Origin: an uncultured delta proteobacterium
GTDB taxonomy: Bacteria > Myxococcota_A > Polyangia > Fen-1088
NCBI GenBank assembly: GCA_963767925.1
Contig: CAVYGB010000010.1
Span: 1,280,001-1,344,000 of the forward strand
Direction of reading: 5' to 3'
DNA length: 64,000 nt
Shown: piece by piece, positions 1 to 9,375 of the stretch
Numbering within the stretch: position 1 is the stretch's first letter
Layout: the number at the start of each line of letters is the position of its first letter
The notes under the pieces: model-generated
Database searches by the model: none
Told to the model about the DNA's origin: nothing
The model's input: the letters and a program-made list of their open reading frames with translations, nothing else
Translations under genes and position numbers: made by a program

Positions 1-600
1 CTCGCGGACCAGAAGAAGGGCGGCCTCTGGGCGGCTGCCGGGCAGTTTCCCAATCAGAGACGTCCCCCGGTCGAGTCGGACGCGGTGGCGACCATGTGGA
101 TCATCCTGGCCCTCGCCGGTCCCGGCAATCCCTCCCCTGCGGTCACCGCCAGCCGGGCCCGGGCCCATGCCGGGCTGAAGGCCAGCGCGACAGGTGAGAG
201 CAACGAATGGTTGCTGGCGCGCATGCTGGTCGAGGGTCAGCTCGGCGACGCGGCCGCGGCCCGTGCCCTCCGCGATCGGCTGCTGGGTCAGCAGCAGGCG
301 GACGGCGGGTGGGGCTGGTCAGCGAAGGAGCCAAGCAACGCCTTCTCGACCGGCCAGGCCCTGTATGCGCTGGCCCTCGCCGGCCTTCCGGCCAGCGACG
401 CGGCCCTCACCCGCAGCGTGATCTACCTCCTCGCGACCCAGGGCCCCGACGGCACCTGGAGCGTCCCCGGTCGACTCATCAGCAAGCGACCGGGCGAGCA
501 ACTCGACTACATCTACCAGTACTGGGGCACGGCCTGGGCCACTATCGGCCTCGCCCGGGCGCTCCAGCAGCCAGGCGGTCTGGCAACCCACCAGCCGTGA
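1..600 (+). CDS. Prenyltransferase/squalene-cyclase repeat protein, 5' part outside the window
   Basis: Frame is open from base 1. QW-like repeats QQQADGGWGW and TQGPDGTW, plus STGQALYAL. Confidence 0.75.
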   Translation, partial: LADQKKGGLWAAAGQFPNQRRPPVESDAVATMWIILALAGPGNPSPAVTASRARAHAGLKASATGESNEWLLARMLVEGQLGDAAAARALRDRLLGQQQADGGWGWSAKEPSNAFSTGQALYALALAGLPASDAALTRSVIYLLATQGPDGTWSVPGRLISKRPGEQLDYIYQYWGTAWATIGLARALQQPGGLATHQP

Positions 601-622
601 CGATCGCGATGGAGGTCACCTC

Positions 623-1771
623 ATGAGTCGAACCGGTAGACGCACGTTCCTCGGGCGCTCCCTCTCGCTGGCGGCGGGGGTGCTGCCCTTCGCCCGCGCC
701 GCCGCGGGCGCGGACCTTCCTGCCGTGGCGGCGCCGCCCGGCCCGACGGTCGATCTGAAGGATCCCGTGCTGGCATCCTTGCTGGCGCGCAACCGGGAGC
801 GACACCCGGGGGGGCGGGGGTCCAACCACCTCTCGATGGCGCTGCTCTCGCTGGCGGCGCTGGGAGCTGGGGCGGCGCGCATGCGGGCGCTCGGGGAGGA
901 CAAGCTCGCGCAGCAGGGGAGCGCGTTCCCCTCGGGCGGACCTGCCGTGACGGCGGCGGGGTGGCGCGATCATCTCGGCAACGACGCGGCCTTGCCCGGG
1001 CTGCGCGCGCTGTTCGAGCAGGAGATCGCTCGGCGGGGCGTCCCGGGTACGCTGCGCCTCTACCTGCCCGCCCTCCTCCCGGGGGTCGGCGCCCACGCCT
1101 TTCACGCGCTCATTCGCACCGGCTACGGCGTGCGCTTCGGCGATCCCGCGGAGGTGGCCATGGGACTCGCCTACTGGGCCGTCACCTACCTTCCCCTGGG
1201 GCCTCTCGGCGCGTTCGGATCCCACGGCGACCCGGCCGCTGCGCTGGCGGCCGTCCGCAAGGTGCCGGTGCTGACCGACGAGGGGCGCCGGGCCGCCGGC
1301 GTGGTGAAGCCGGACAACCTCAACATCGCCGGCAGCATGCAGTGGGTCTCCACCCTGCCCGGCTTCGGCGCCGCCGCCTCGTCGCTGAAGATCGGCGACG
1401 CCTCGCTGGCCGCCATCGCCCGCGCCATGGTTCGTCTGCACGTCGCCAGCGGCGACGACTTCACGGCCCTGCACGCGGTCACCGGCGCCCACGCCTACCG
1501 GATGCTCGAGCCGCACGTCCCCGACCGCACCGCCGGCCGCCGCCACCTCTGGCAAGCCCTCGTCGCCGCCTACGTCTCGATCGGCGCCCCCGCGGTCGCC
1601 CCCGCCCCCGCCCCCGCGAAGCTCCCCCCCTGGACCGAGATCCTCGCCAAGGCCGCCGGCTCCACGGACGACCACGAGCTCAAGCTCACCGACATCGCCC
1701 GCGAGGAGGCGCGCCACCACCGCGACCCCACCTACCTCCACTCCGCCGCGCTCCACCTCAGCCTGGTCTGA
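623..1771 (+). CDS. Questin oxidase-like (DUF4243) protein with a twin-arginine signal peptide
   Basis: His motifs NHLSMAL, AFHALIR, LHAVTGAHA and DDHELKL. N-terminus GRRTFLG followed by a hydrophobic stretch. GGAGG RBS upstream. Confidence 0.7.
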   Translation: MSRTGRRTFLGRSLSLAAGVLPFARAAAGADLPAVAAPPGPTVDLKDPVLASLLARNRERHPGGRGSNHLSMALLSLAALGAGAARMRALGEDKLAQQGSAFPSGGPAVTAAGWRDHLGNDAALPGLRALFEQEIARRGVPGTLRLYLPALLPGVGAHAFHALIRTGYGVRFGDPAEVAMGLAYWAVTYLPLGPLGAFGSHGDPAAALAAVRKVPVLTDEGRRAAGVVKPDNLNIAGSMQWVSTLPGFGAAASSLKIGDASLAAIARAMVRLHVASGDDFTALHAVTGAHAYRMLEPHVPDRTAGRRHLWQALVAAYVSIGAPAVAPAPAPAKLPPWTEILAKAAGSTDDHELKLTDIAREEARHHRDPTYLHSAALHLSLV

Positions 1772-1852
1772 TCCCGAGCGCAGCGAGGGTCAGCCCAGGC
1801 TGTCTCCTCTGGTCTGATCCCAGCGAGCGGTCAGCCCAGGCTGTCTCCTCTG
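1763..1852. repeat. Two tandem REP-like imperfect hairpin units between convergent genes
   Basis: CTGGTCTGATCCC...GTCAGCCCAGGCTGTCTCCT occurs at 1763 and 1809. Each unit is self-complementary. Confidence 0.7.
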
Positions 1853-1865
1853 CCCCCCCTCCAGT

Positions 1866-3833
1866 CTAAGGCGTTGTCGCTTCCGGGGGACGGGGCGAGC
1901 CGGCGGGGGGATCCTCGGGAACCACGGGATCGCTCGGCGCGGGCAGCGGGTCGGCGCCCGGATCGGGGGCCGCAGGGCGCTCGGTGGGGGCGGGCTCGCG
2001 CGGGGGCAGCGGGGCGGCCTCCTCGAGCGGGGGGAGCGTCTCCCCCGGCAGAGGCGGCACGGGGGTTGGCGGTGTCGGGCGGGCCGGCGTGGGGGCGGGC
2101 GGCGTCGGGCGGGGCAGCGGGGGCAGGTCGGCGCCGTTGAGACCGGTGCTCTGGTCCGAGGGGAGCGACCAGCGCAGCTCGCGGGCCCGGCGGCGCTCGG
2201 CCTCGCGCGCCTCTGCCTCGGCCTCCAGCTCGGCGGCGCTGGGGCGCGGCTCGCCCCGCGCTTCACGCGGCTCACCCTGCAGCTCGCGCGGCTCACCCTG
2301 CAGCTCGCGCGGCTCGGCCCGCGTCGCGGTCCGGGCGGCCGGCTTGCGCACGGGGGGCAGGGGCAGCGGCGGGGGAGGTGGCACCGCGGCCCGCGCCGCC
2401 GGCGGCTCGCTCAGCGGCGCGGGCGCGCCTTCGCCGAGCTCGGGGGCACCCTGCCGGGACACCGCCAGCCGCCAGAGCGCCGCGGTGGCCCCGCCTCCCA
2501 GCAAGACGAACACCAGAAAGCCTGTGCCGACCATGCGCCGCCGGGTCCGGCCGCGAAGGCGGTCCACCACCACGTCGTCGCCGTCCGCCACCTGCAGCGA
2601 CAGGTCGCTCATCGCGGTAGCCTCGACCCCGGTCAGCGACGAGCGGGAGCTCCCGCCCCGCCGCCGCGGCCCCCCCCGCTCCGAGCGGGTGCCCGCCTCG
2701 GGCAGCGACGCCTCCAGCGCGCCGATCTCCGGCAACAGGGCGAGCGCGGTGTCTTCGGTCTCCCCGCTGCGCGACCCGCCGTTGCGCAAGCGGGCCGTGC
2801 GCCCGCCCCGATCCGAGCCTTCGTCTCCCAGCACGAGGGCCGCGCCCTCCGCGAGGTCGCCGGGACCGTCGTCGGGCGTGATGGCGTGAACCCCGGTGCG
2901 TCCGGTCGGCGCCGAGCCATCGACCCGCGCCAGGTCGGCCAGCCACAACTTCAGCTCGGTCTGTCCGGGCGCCCCGTATTCGGCCCGCCACACCGCCTCG
3001 AGATCGACGAGGAACTCGTCGGCGGTGCGGTAGCGCTGATCGCGATCGGCGGTCATCGCCCGCCGGATCACCGCGCCCAGCGACTCGGGCATGCCGGGGC
3101 TGACCTGCTCGGGCGGGCGGTACAGGCACTTTTGCACGCGGGCGATCACCTCGAAGTCGGTCGCCGCCTCGAACGGGCGCAGCCCGGTTGTCACCAGGTA
3201 CAGCACGGTCCCGAGCGAGAACAGATCCGAGCGCGCGTCGAGCGCCTTGCCCGTAGCGCCTGCTCGGGCGACATGAAGGCGACCTTGCCCTTGACCACCC
3301 CGGTGGCGGTGCGGTCTCGCCGGTTCAGCGCCTTGGCGATGCCGAAGTCGGCCAGCTTGACCTCACCCTGCTCGCTGATGAGGACGTTCTGGGGGCTGAC
3401 GTCGCGGTGGACGATCCCCAGCGGCTCACCGTCCGGCGCGGTTGCGGCTGTGCGCGTACGACAGGGCCCGGCACACCTCCGCGATGATGTAGAGCCCCAG
3501 CGCCGGCGGCAGGGGACGCTGGGCGGCATTGGCCCGGTCCAGCACCCGCGCGAGGTCCCAGCCGTCGACCAGCTCCAGCACCAGGAACAGCCGGCCACCC
3601 GCGCGCCCGAGGTCGAGCACCTGCACGATGTTGTTGTGGTGCAGGCCCATCGAGATGTGGGCCTCGTCGACCAGCATGTTGCGGAACTGCTCGTCGGCGT
3701 AAAACGCGGTGTGGATGCGCTTGAGCACCACCGGCTTCTCGAAGCCCTCGGAGCCGTGCTGACGCGCAAGGAAGATCTCCGCCATCCCGCCTTCGGCGAG
3801 CTTGCGAACGACCGTATAACGCCCATGCACCAC
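1866..3833 (-). CDS. Membrane Ser/Thr protein kinase with two apparent frameshifts (~3440, ~3250)
   Basis: [10 protein letters not shown] and VVLKRI (ORF 3426-3833); [11 protein letters not shown] and MSPEQ (ORF 3191-3847); C-lobe, TM segment and Pro-rich tail (ORF 1866-3206). Confidence 0.85.
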
Positions 3834-3877
3834 GGCTCGGCCCCCAAGTTAGCATGAGGGCGGGGCCAGGGCGCGCC

Positions 3878-4984
3878 TCAGCGGCCGTGCGCGACGCGGT
3901 CGGGAGCGTTCCCGCCCTCCCCCTGCCCGGCCGCCTGGCGCAGGTACCGCTGCAGGATCGGTAAAAGCGGTGTCACGCCGTCGGTGAGCGGGGCGATCAC
4001 CGGCAGCCCGAGCTGCGCGGCCAGGCGCCGCTTCTCGGTCGCCAGCGCGTCGCCGGTCACGCCGTCGGCGTTGAGGGTGATGGCCAACACCTGCGCGCCG
4101 TAGAGCCGGATCAGCTCCAGCTCCTCGAGCAGCGACGGCACCACCCATCCGGCGTGCCCCTTGAAACAGGAGCGCCCCGGGGCGTGCTGCAGGATGACGG
4201 CTCGCGCCCCCGCCGAGACGAGCAGCTCCGCCCCACACGGCCCCGATGGGTTGCGCAGCGACGATTGCCCCTCGATGACGATCAGGTCGGGCCGGGCCTG
4301 CTCGTCGCACGCCACCACCGCCCCCTCCAGCTCACCCGCGACGAAGTCGTTCGGGGTCGAGTCGAGGATGAAGCCGAAGCGCCCGCCCTGCATCCATCCC
4401 GTCTGGCCCGTGTGGACCATCTCCGCCCGGATGCCCCCCGCGCGACAGGCCTCCACCAGCAGCCGGGCCGTCGTCCGCTTGCCCACGGCACAGTCGGTGC
4501 CCAGCAGGGCCAGCCGCGGCGCCCGCACCTGAGCGATGGCGCCGGTCCAGAACCGCAGCTCGCGCACCGGGCGAGGCCGGCGCAGATCGACGATGCGCGC
4601 GTGGCCCCGGGCCGCCGCCGCCGCGATCTCGGGATCGTCACCGGCCAGCTCGTGCAAGCCGTTGACCACGGTCAGCCCCGCCTCCGCCGCCTCGATCAGC
4701 AGCGCGCGAATCTCCGGTGGCATGAACCCGCCCCCCATCGCCACCCCGACGACACAGGCATCGGGTTTGCGGCGCGCGCCCCGCAGCGCCTCCTGCAGCG
4801 AAGCGAAGATCGGAATTTCACGCCGCCGCCCGTCGAGAACTTCCCCTGCGTCTCGACCTGCGCTGGCAGCGTCGATCACCCCGACGATCTCGAAGCGATC
4901 GCTGCCGCGGACCAATCCGTGCGCGGTCTTTGCACGATCCGACGCGAACGCTCCGGGGGCCAGAACGACTGCGCTCCCTTCCAT
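3878..4984 (-). CDS. DUF1611 family P-loop protein (DgcN-like)
   Basis: AKTAHGLVR, NGLH, GTDCAVGKRTT, TGQTG and IEGQSS motifs. ATG at 4984. Confidence 0.8.
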   Translation of the reverse strand: MEGSAVVLAPGAFASDRAKTAHGLVRGSDRFEIVGVIDAASAGRDAGEVLDGRRREIPIFASLQEALRGARRKPDACVVGVAMGGGFMPPEIRALLIEAAEAGLTVVNGLHELAGDDPEIAAAAARGHARIVDLRRPRPVRELRFWTGAIAQVRAPRLALLGTDCAVGKRTTARLLVEACRAGGIRAEMVHTGQTGWMQGGRFGFILDSTPNDFVAGELEGAVVACDEQARPDLIVIEGQSSLRNPSGPCGAELLVSAGARAVILQHAPGRSCFKGHAGWVVPSLLEELELIRLYGAQVLAITLNADGVTGDALATEKRRLAAQLGLPVIAPLTDGVTPLLPILQRYLRQAAGQGEGGNAPDRVAHGR

Positions 4985-5227
4985 ATCCAGAGGATAGCGC
5001 TCTTCAGCAGGCCGGCGGCCTTGCCGATGAATAGCGCCTCCACTAACGTCGTCTCCCCATGCGGATCGGTATCGCGGATCACAAGAGGAACGCGAACAGT
5101 CTGCAGATTCTGCGCTCACGAAACCCGTAGTTCACTTAACAGTCTGATTACATGATGACTTGAACACCCCTGACCCAGTGTGAGAGAACGTCGCACACCC
5201 CTCTACCCCCATCCACAGGAGACATAC

Positions 5228-5521
5228 ATGGTTCGGAAGTTCATCACGACTCTGGTTCTTGGCGGCTTTGCCGTCTTCGCTGCTCGTACGGTCTCGGCTC
5301 AGGACTGCACCCTGAAGACGGCCGGCGAAAACCCCGTCGCCGCCGCTTGCAAGAAGGGCGGCATCAAGGAGGCAAAGAAGGTGATGAAGGCCATGGTGGC
5401 GAACGCCAAGAAGGCCGGCAAGAAGTGGGAGTGCGACACCTGCCACAAGAATGAAGAGAACTGGGCTCTCACCGGCGACGGCGAGAAGCTTTTCAAGGAG
5501 ATGGTCGCCCTCCAGAAGTAG
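5228..5521 (+). CDS. Small secreted monoheme c-type cytochrome
   Basis: AGGAG RBS, Sec signal peptide (..VSA-Q), CDTCH heme-binding motif, Lys-rich. Confidence 0.7.
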   Translation: MVRKFITTLVLGGFAVFAARTVSAQDCTLKTAGENPVAAACKKGGIKEAKKVMKAMVANAKKAGKKWECDTCHKNEENWALTGDGEKLFKEMVALQK

Positions 5522-5538
5522 AGGTCGCGGCACCGGGA

Positions 5539-5582
5539 GGTGACCTCGATCACGAACGGGATCGGGGTCACCGACCGTTTTT
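5539..5582 (+). terminator. Hairpin, probable intrinsic terminator
   Basis: GGTGACCTCGATC...GATCGGGGTCACC stem followed by a T-run, between convergent genes. Confidence 0.5.
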
Positions 5583-5591
5583 CAGGGCTGC

Positions 5592-6797
5592 TCAGAGCTG
5601 CCTGAGCAGGCGCCGGACTTCCTCCGCCGCGGGCTTTCCCCGGGGGGTGTAACCGACGCTGACCGAGCCGCCCCAGCCGTACCAGTTCCAGATATAGAGA
5701 CCTGCCAGGGTCGAGGCGCCGCCGGCCGAAGCCGAAGCGTCCACCGGCTGGGTCCACACGCGGCGGAAGGCTTCAAAGGCGCGCCGCTGCTCTTCCAGAT
5801 CCGGCTCGCCTCCCGACGACTCGTCCCAGGGCGCGGCGCTGGCCCCCGTCCGGGAGCGATACCCGACCTCCGTGAAGACCAGGGGTTGCTTGCGGCCAGC
5901 GCGCCAGCTCTCGATCTCCCCGCGCAGCTCGCGCCAGCGGCGCTCCAGCGCGCCGACGTCGGCCGGACCGTTCTTCGCCCGCAGGTCGAAGTAGGCCACG
6001 ATGCCCGCCTCGTCCACCAGGTCGAGCAGCCGGGCCTCTCGGTAGTGGTCCCAGTTGGCCGAATAGATCAGGGTGCCCGGAAACACCGAGCGGATCCGCT
6101 CGATCACCCGCGTCCAGCGGGGCAGGTCGCCGTCCAGCGAGGACAGCTCCGAGCCGATCGCCAGCCGGGTGGCGCCGGTGACGCCGCCGATGGCGGCCAG
6201 GTCGCCGAGGATGTCGAGGTAGCTCTCGAACCAGGCGTCCAGGTCGGCGGGGGCCAGCGTGCCCCGCCACTCGCCGGGCGCGCGGGGGGCGCTCAGCCGC
6301 ACGATGGGGAACAACGTGACCTCCAGCCCGACCCGGCGGGCGGCCCGCACCGTCTCCGCAGTGGCCACCAGGCTCGGGGAAAACCGCGTGTGCAGCCCCA
6401 GCTTCGTCGACCCGCCGTGCTCCTGGTAGATGGGCACCACCAGGGCGACGTGGCTGGCCCCCAGCTCGACGATCTCCTGCAGCAGCGGCGTGTAGTCGAA
6501 GCTGACATCCTCGGCGAACAAGCCCAGCGAGACCCCCCGCTGTCGGGGATCGGCCGTACCACCCGTGGGCTGGCCCGGCCGCGGCGGGGTGCTCAGGCGC
6601 GGCTTGACCGCCGGAGGCGCGACCGAGCCCGGCAGCGGCGACGCAGGCAACGGCGACCCAGGGAGCGGCGACGCCTTCTCCGCGGACATCTGGCGGGGCT
6701 CGATGGGCAGCGAGCGGACCAGTCGGGGCCCCAGCACGCCCGCGCCGACGACGCCGCCGGCGGCGCACAGAGCCGGAAACAGCCACCGGTGACGCAT
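5592..6797 (-). CDS. Glycoside hydrolase family 113-like (TIM barrel) protein
   Basis: IGSEL, YSANWD and FTEVGY motifs; N-terminal hydrophobic anchor. Confidence 0.7.
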   Translation of the reverse strand: MRHRWLFPALCAAGGVVGAGVLGPRLVRSLPIEPRQMSAEKASPLPGSPLPASPLPGSVAPPAVKPRLSTPPRPGQPTGGTADPRQRGVSLGLFAEDVSFDYTPLLQEIVELGASHVALVVPIYQEHGGSTKLGLHTRFSPSLVATAETVRAARRVGLEVTLFPIVRLSAPRAPGEWRGTLAPADLDAWFESYLDILGDLAAIGGVTGATRLAIGSELSSLDGDLPRWTRVIERIRSVFPGTLIYSANWDHYREARLLDLVDEAGIVAYFDLRAKNGPADVGALERRWRELRGEIESWRAGRKQPLVFTEVGYRSRTGASAAPWDESSGGEPDLEEQRRAFEAFRRVWTQPVDASASAGGASTLAGLYIWNWYGWGGSVSVGYTPRGKPAAEEVRRLLRQL

Positions 6798-6941
6798 GGC
6801 CCGGAGCTTACAACCGACCTTCGCAGCGTGGGCCTAAAGGTGTGGGACCGGTTCGCCGATGGGGCCCGAACGTGGTGGGCGCAGAGCGGCGGCAGCGCTA
6901 TGCTGGAGAGCCCCGATCCAAACGACTCGGGAGGTGCACGA

Positions 6942-8435
6942 ATGGGCGACCGTGCCAGGCCGCTGGTTCACTTGTGGGCGCTGCCCCTGATGCCGGTCGT
7001 GGCCCTGGGGCTGGCCTGCGCCGAACGTGACCCGGCGGCGCCCGGCCCCCTGCCGCCGTCCACCTGGGAGCCGGTCAGCGGGTCGCGCCTGACCGCCCGC
7101 TTCCTCCTGTCGGACGACGGGCTGCGCATCTTCGACGGCTGGTTCGACAACCAGCGCGGCGAATATTGCCGGGTGGCCCGCGGTCAAAACGGCCGCTTTT
7201 ACTGCTTCCCCGCCGCCAACCCGGCCGTGTTCAGCGACGCGCGCTGCCAGCAGGCCCAGGGCCAGCATCTCGAATGCGCCCACCGCTACACCGGGGTCAC
7301 GCGCGGCGATCGCCGCTGCGGCAACGAGGCCCTCACCCTCTGGGAGGAGGGCGACTCGGTGAACCTGCCCAGCCGCTACCGGCTGTCGAACGACTTCTGC
7401 GCCGGGCCCGACACCTCCACCGGCGGCAGCTACGTGGGCCTGACCACCCGGGTGACCGAGGGCGCCCTCGTCGAGGGCGAGCCCTTCCTCAGCCGGGCCA
7501 GCTTGCGCCTGGGGCCCCGGGTGATCCGCTTTCAGGACGGCTCCACCGCGCCCTTCGAGATGTACGACAACTCGCAGAACCGGGCCTGCGTGCGGGTCGA
7601 GACCGATCGCGGGATCCGCTGCTTGCCGGAGAACACGGTCCACGTCGGCCTGGCCGGCCCCTTTTACGCCGACGCCGCCTGCACCGCCCGCGTCGCCCAC
7701 GCCGACGGACCCTCCTGCCTGCGCCCCTCGCTGGTGCTGGTGACCGACGTGGTAAACGGCTGCATGCGGGTGCGCGAGGCCTACCGCCCCGGCTTCCGGC
7801 TGGACCCGCGCGAGGTCTACTCGGGCGCCGACTGCGGCACCGGGCGGATCTTGCCCGGGCACTTCTATCAGCTCGGCGAGCGGATCGACCTCGCCACCTT
7901 CCCCGAGCTGCGGCTGCGCGAGACCGGCAGCGGCCGCATCCGCCTGCGCAGCTACAGCGCCGCCGACGACGTCGCCATCGCCCCCCTGGGCGAGGTCCTT
8001 TTCGACACCCAGCTCGGGGTCGAGTGCAAGGTGGCGGTGGCCACCGACGGGGCCCTGCGCTGCCTGCCGCTGACCGGACCGGCGGTCATCGAGGGGGAAG
8101 TTAGTGCCACCGCCTTCGCCGACCCCGGCTGCCGCGAGGCCCTCGCCCGCTACAACCCGAGCGGCGCCTGCCAGGGGGCCATGCCGGCCATGGCCGGGGT
8201 GGCGCGCGCCTCCCAGAAGCGCTGCCTCGATCCGGGGGCCACCGGGAGGGGCTCGCGCGACGACCGCCGGCCCGGCCGCTGGGACATCCACCGCCTGGGC
8301 CGCCGCCACGATGGCCCGCTGTTTTACCGGGTGAGCGGCACCTGCCAGACCGGCCCGGCCGGGCCGGGCGACGAGCACTACGAGCTGGCCGAGGCGCTCC
8401 CTCCGGAGACCTTCGCCGCCCTCCGCGAAGAATGA
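6942..8435 (+). CDS. Cys-rich lipoprotein with three internal repeats
   Basis: GGAGG RBS before ATG 6942; lipobox LGLAC; repeated (F/Y)D.....C...........(Y/R)C(F/L)P units. Confidence 0.75.
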   Translation: MGDRARPLVHLWALPLMPVVALGLACAERDPAAPGPLPPSTWEPVSGSRLTARFLLSDDGLRIFDGWFDNQRGEYCRVARGQNGRFYCFPAANPAVFSDARCQQAQGQHLECAHRYTGVTRGDRRCGNEALTLWEEGDSVNLPSRYRLSNDFCAGPDTSTGGSYVGLTTRVTEGALVEGEPFLSRASLRLGPRVIRFQDGSTAPFEMYDNSQNRACVRVETDRGIRCLPENTVHVGLAGPFYADAACTARVAHADGPSCLRPSLVLVTDVVNGCMRVREAYRPGFRLDPREVYSGADCGTGRILPGHFYQLGERIDLATFPELRLRETGSGRIRLRSYSAADDVAIAPLGEVLFDTQLGVECKVAVATDGALRCLPLTGPAVIEGEVSATAFADPGCREALARYNPSGACQGAMPAMAGVARASQKRCLDPGATGRGSRDDRRPGRWDIHRLGRRHDGPLFYRVSGTCQTGPAGPGDEHYELAEALPPETFAALREE

Positions 8436-9367
8436 GACCGACCCGCGCCGGCGCCCACTGGTGGCTGCCCTGTCTGTGCGCCGCCTGGGTGGGCTGTGGC
8501 TCGGCGAGCGGCGGCGGCCGGGGCAACGAGGAGGCCGCCTTCCGGGCCCACGAGCGCGGCTACCTGGCCTTCCGCCGGGAGGAGCGCAGCTGCGAGTCGC
8601 TGCGCCGGGCTGCCGAGACCGAGCTGGCCAACGGAAACCACGAGGGCGCCCTGGAGGCCTCCGAGCTGGTGATGACCTACTGCCCGAACGGCCAGCTCGA
8701 AGCGCTCGAGAACACCATGGTGGTGCTCAACCGGCCCGAGGCGCAGGCGGCCCAGTCGGCCGCCCGCTCGGTGCGCCTGCGCCTGGCGCTGCCCCTGCCA
8801 CCGGGTGACAGGCTGCTCTGGTTCGGGGCCTACGCCGGCGGCAAGCTGGGCCTCAACAACCTCACCCTGGGATCCCACCGCATCGACGTCGAGCTGCACC
8901 TGTGGCGCACCGGCGGCGATCGCGCTGGCCAGCTCGTGCGGGTCACCGGCGCGGTCGACGTGCGCATCGACGGGCGCATGCCGGTCTGGCTCGACGTGGT
9001 CCTCAACCGGCTCGACTCCCCTGCCCTGCCGGTCGAGCTGGTGATCCGCCCCGCCAGCACCCACCTGCCCCCCGGGGCCAGCACCCGCGGCTCGACCGCC
9101 GACCTCGGACGGCTGGCCACCCTCCGCGACGAGATGCCGCCCCCCCGCGCCCCGGGCTCGCTCGAGCGGGCCGGGCTGCCCGCCAGCATCGAGCTCGAGC
9201 TCTGCTTCGACGCCGCCGGCCAGCTTCGCCGGGTCAATCCCCTCTCCTGGCCCCACCCCCGCCAGCTCGGCGTCTACCTGGAAGGCCTGCGCGACTGGCG
9301 CCTGCGCACCCCCGGCGCCTCGTGGTTCTGCACCGCCTGGCGCCAGGTCACGACCCGCGCCCGCTAG
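8432..9367 (+). CDS. Hypothetical lipoprotein
   Basis: ATGA overlap with the upstream gene; lipobox-like WVGC; host-like codon usage. Confidence 0.65.
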   Translation: MRPTRAGAHWWLPCLCAAWVGCGSASGGGRGNEEAAFRAHERGYLAFRREERSCESLRRAAETELANGNHEGALEASELVMTYCPNGQLEALENTMVVLNRPEAQAAQSAARSVRLRLALPLPPGDRLLWFGAYAGGKLGLNNLTLGSHRIDVELHLWRTGGDRAGQLVRVTGAVDVRIDGRMPVWLDVVLNRLDSPALPVELVIRPASTHLPPGASTRGSTADLGRLATLRDEMPPPRAPGSLERAGLPASIELELCFDAAGQLRRVNPLSWPHPRQLGVYLEGLRDWRLRTPGASWFCTAWRQVTTRAR

Positions 9368-9375
9368 ATCCCTGG

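Noticed and set aside
2244..2316. 21-bp tandem repeat in the kinase gene
   Set aside because: In-frame coding repeat (EPRELQG) in a low-complexity tail.
1866..3833. Programmed frameshifting or pseudogenisation of the kinase and other core genes
   Set aside because: No consistent slippery sites and no accumulated stop codons. Sequencing indels are the simpler explanation.
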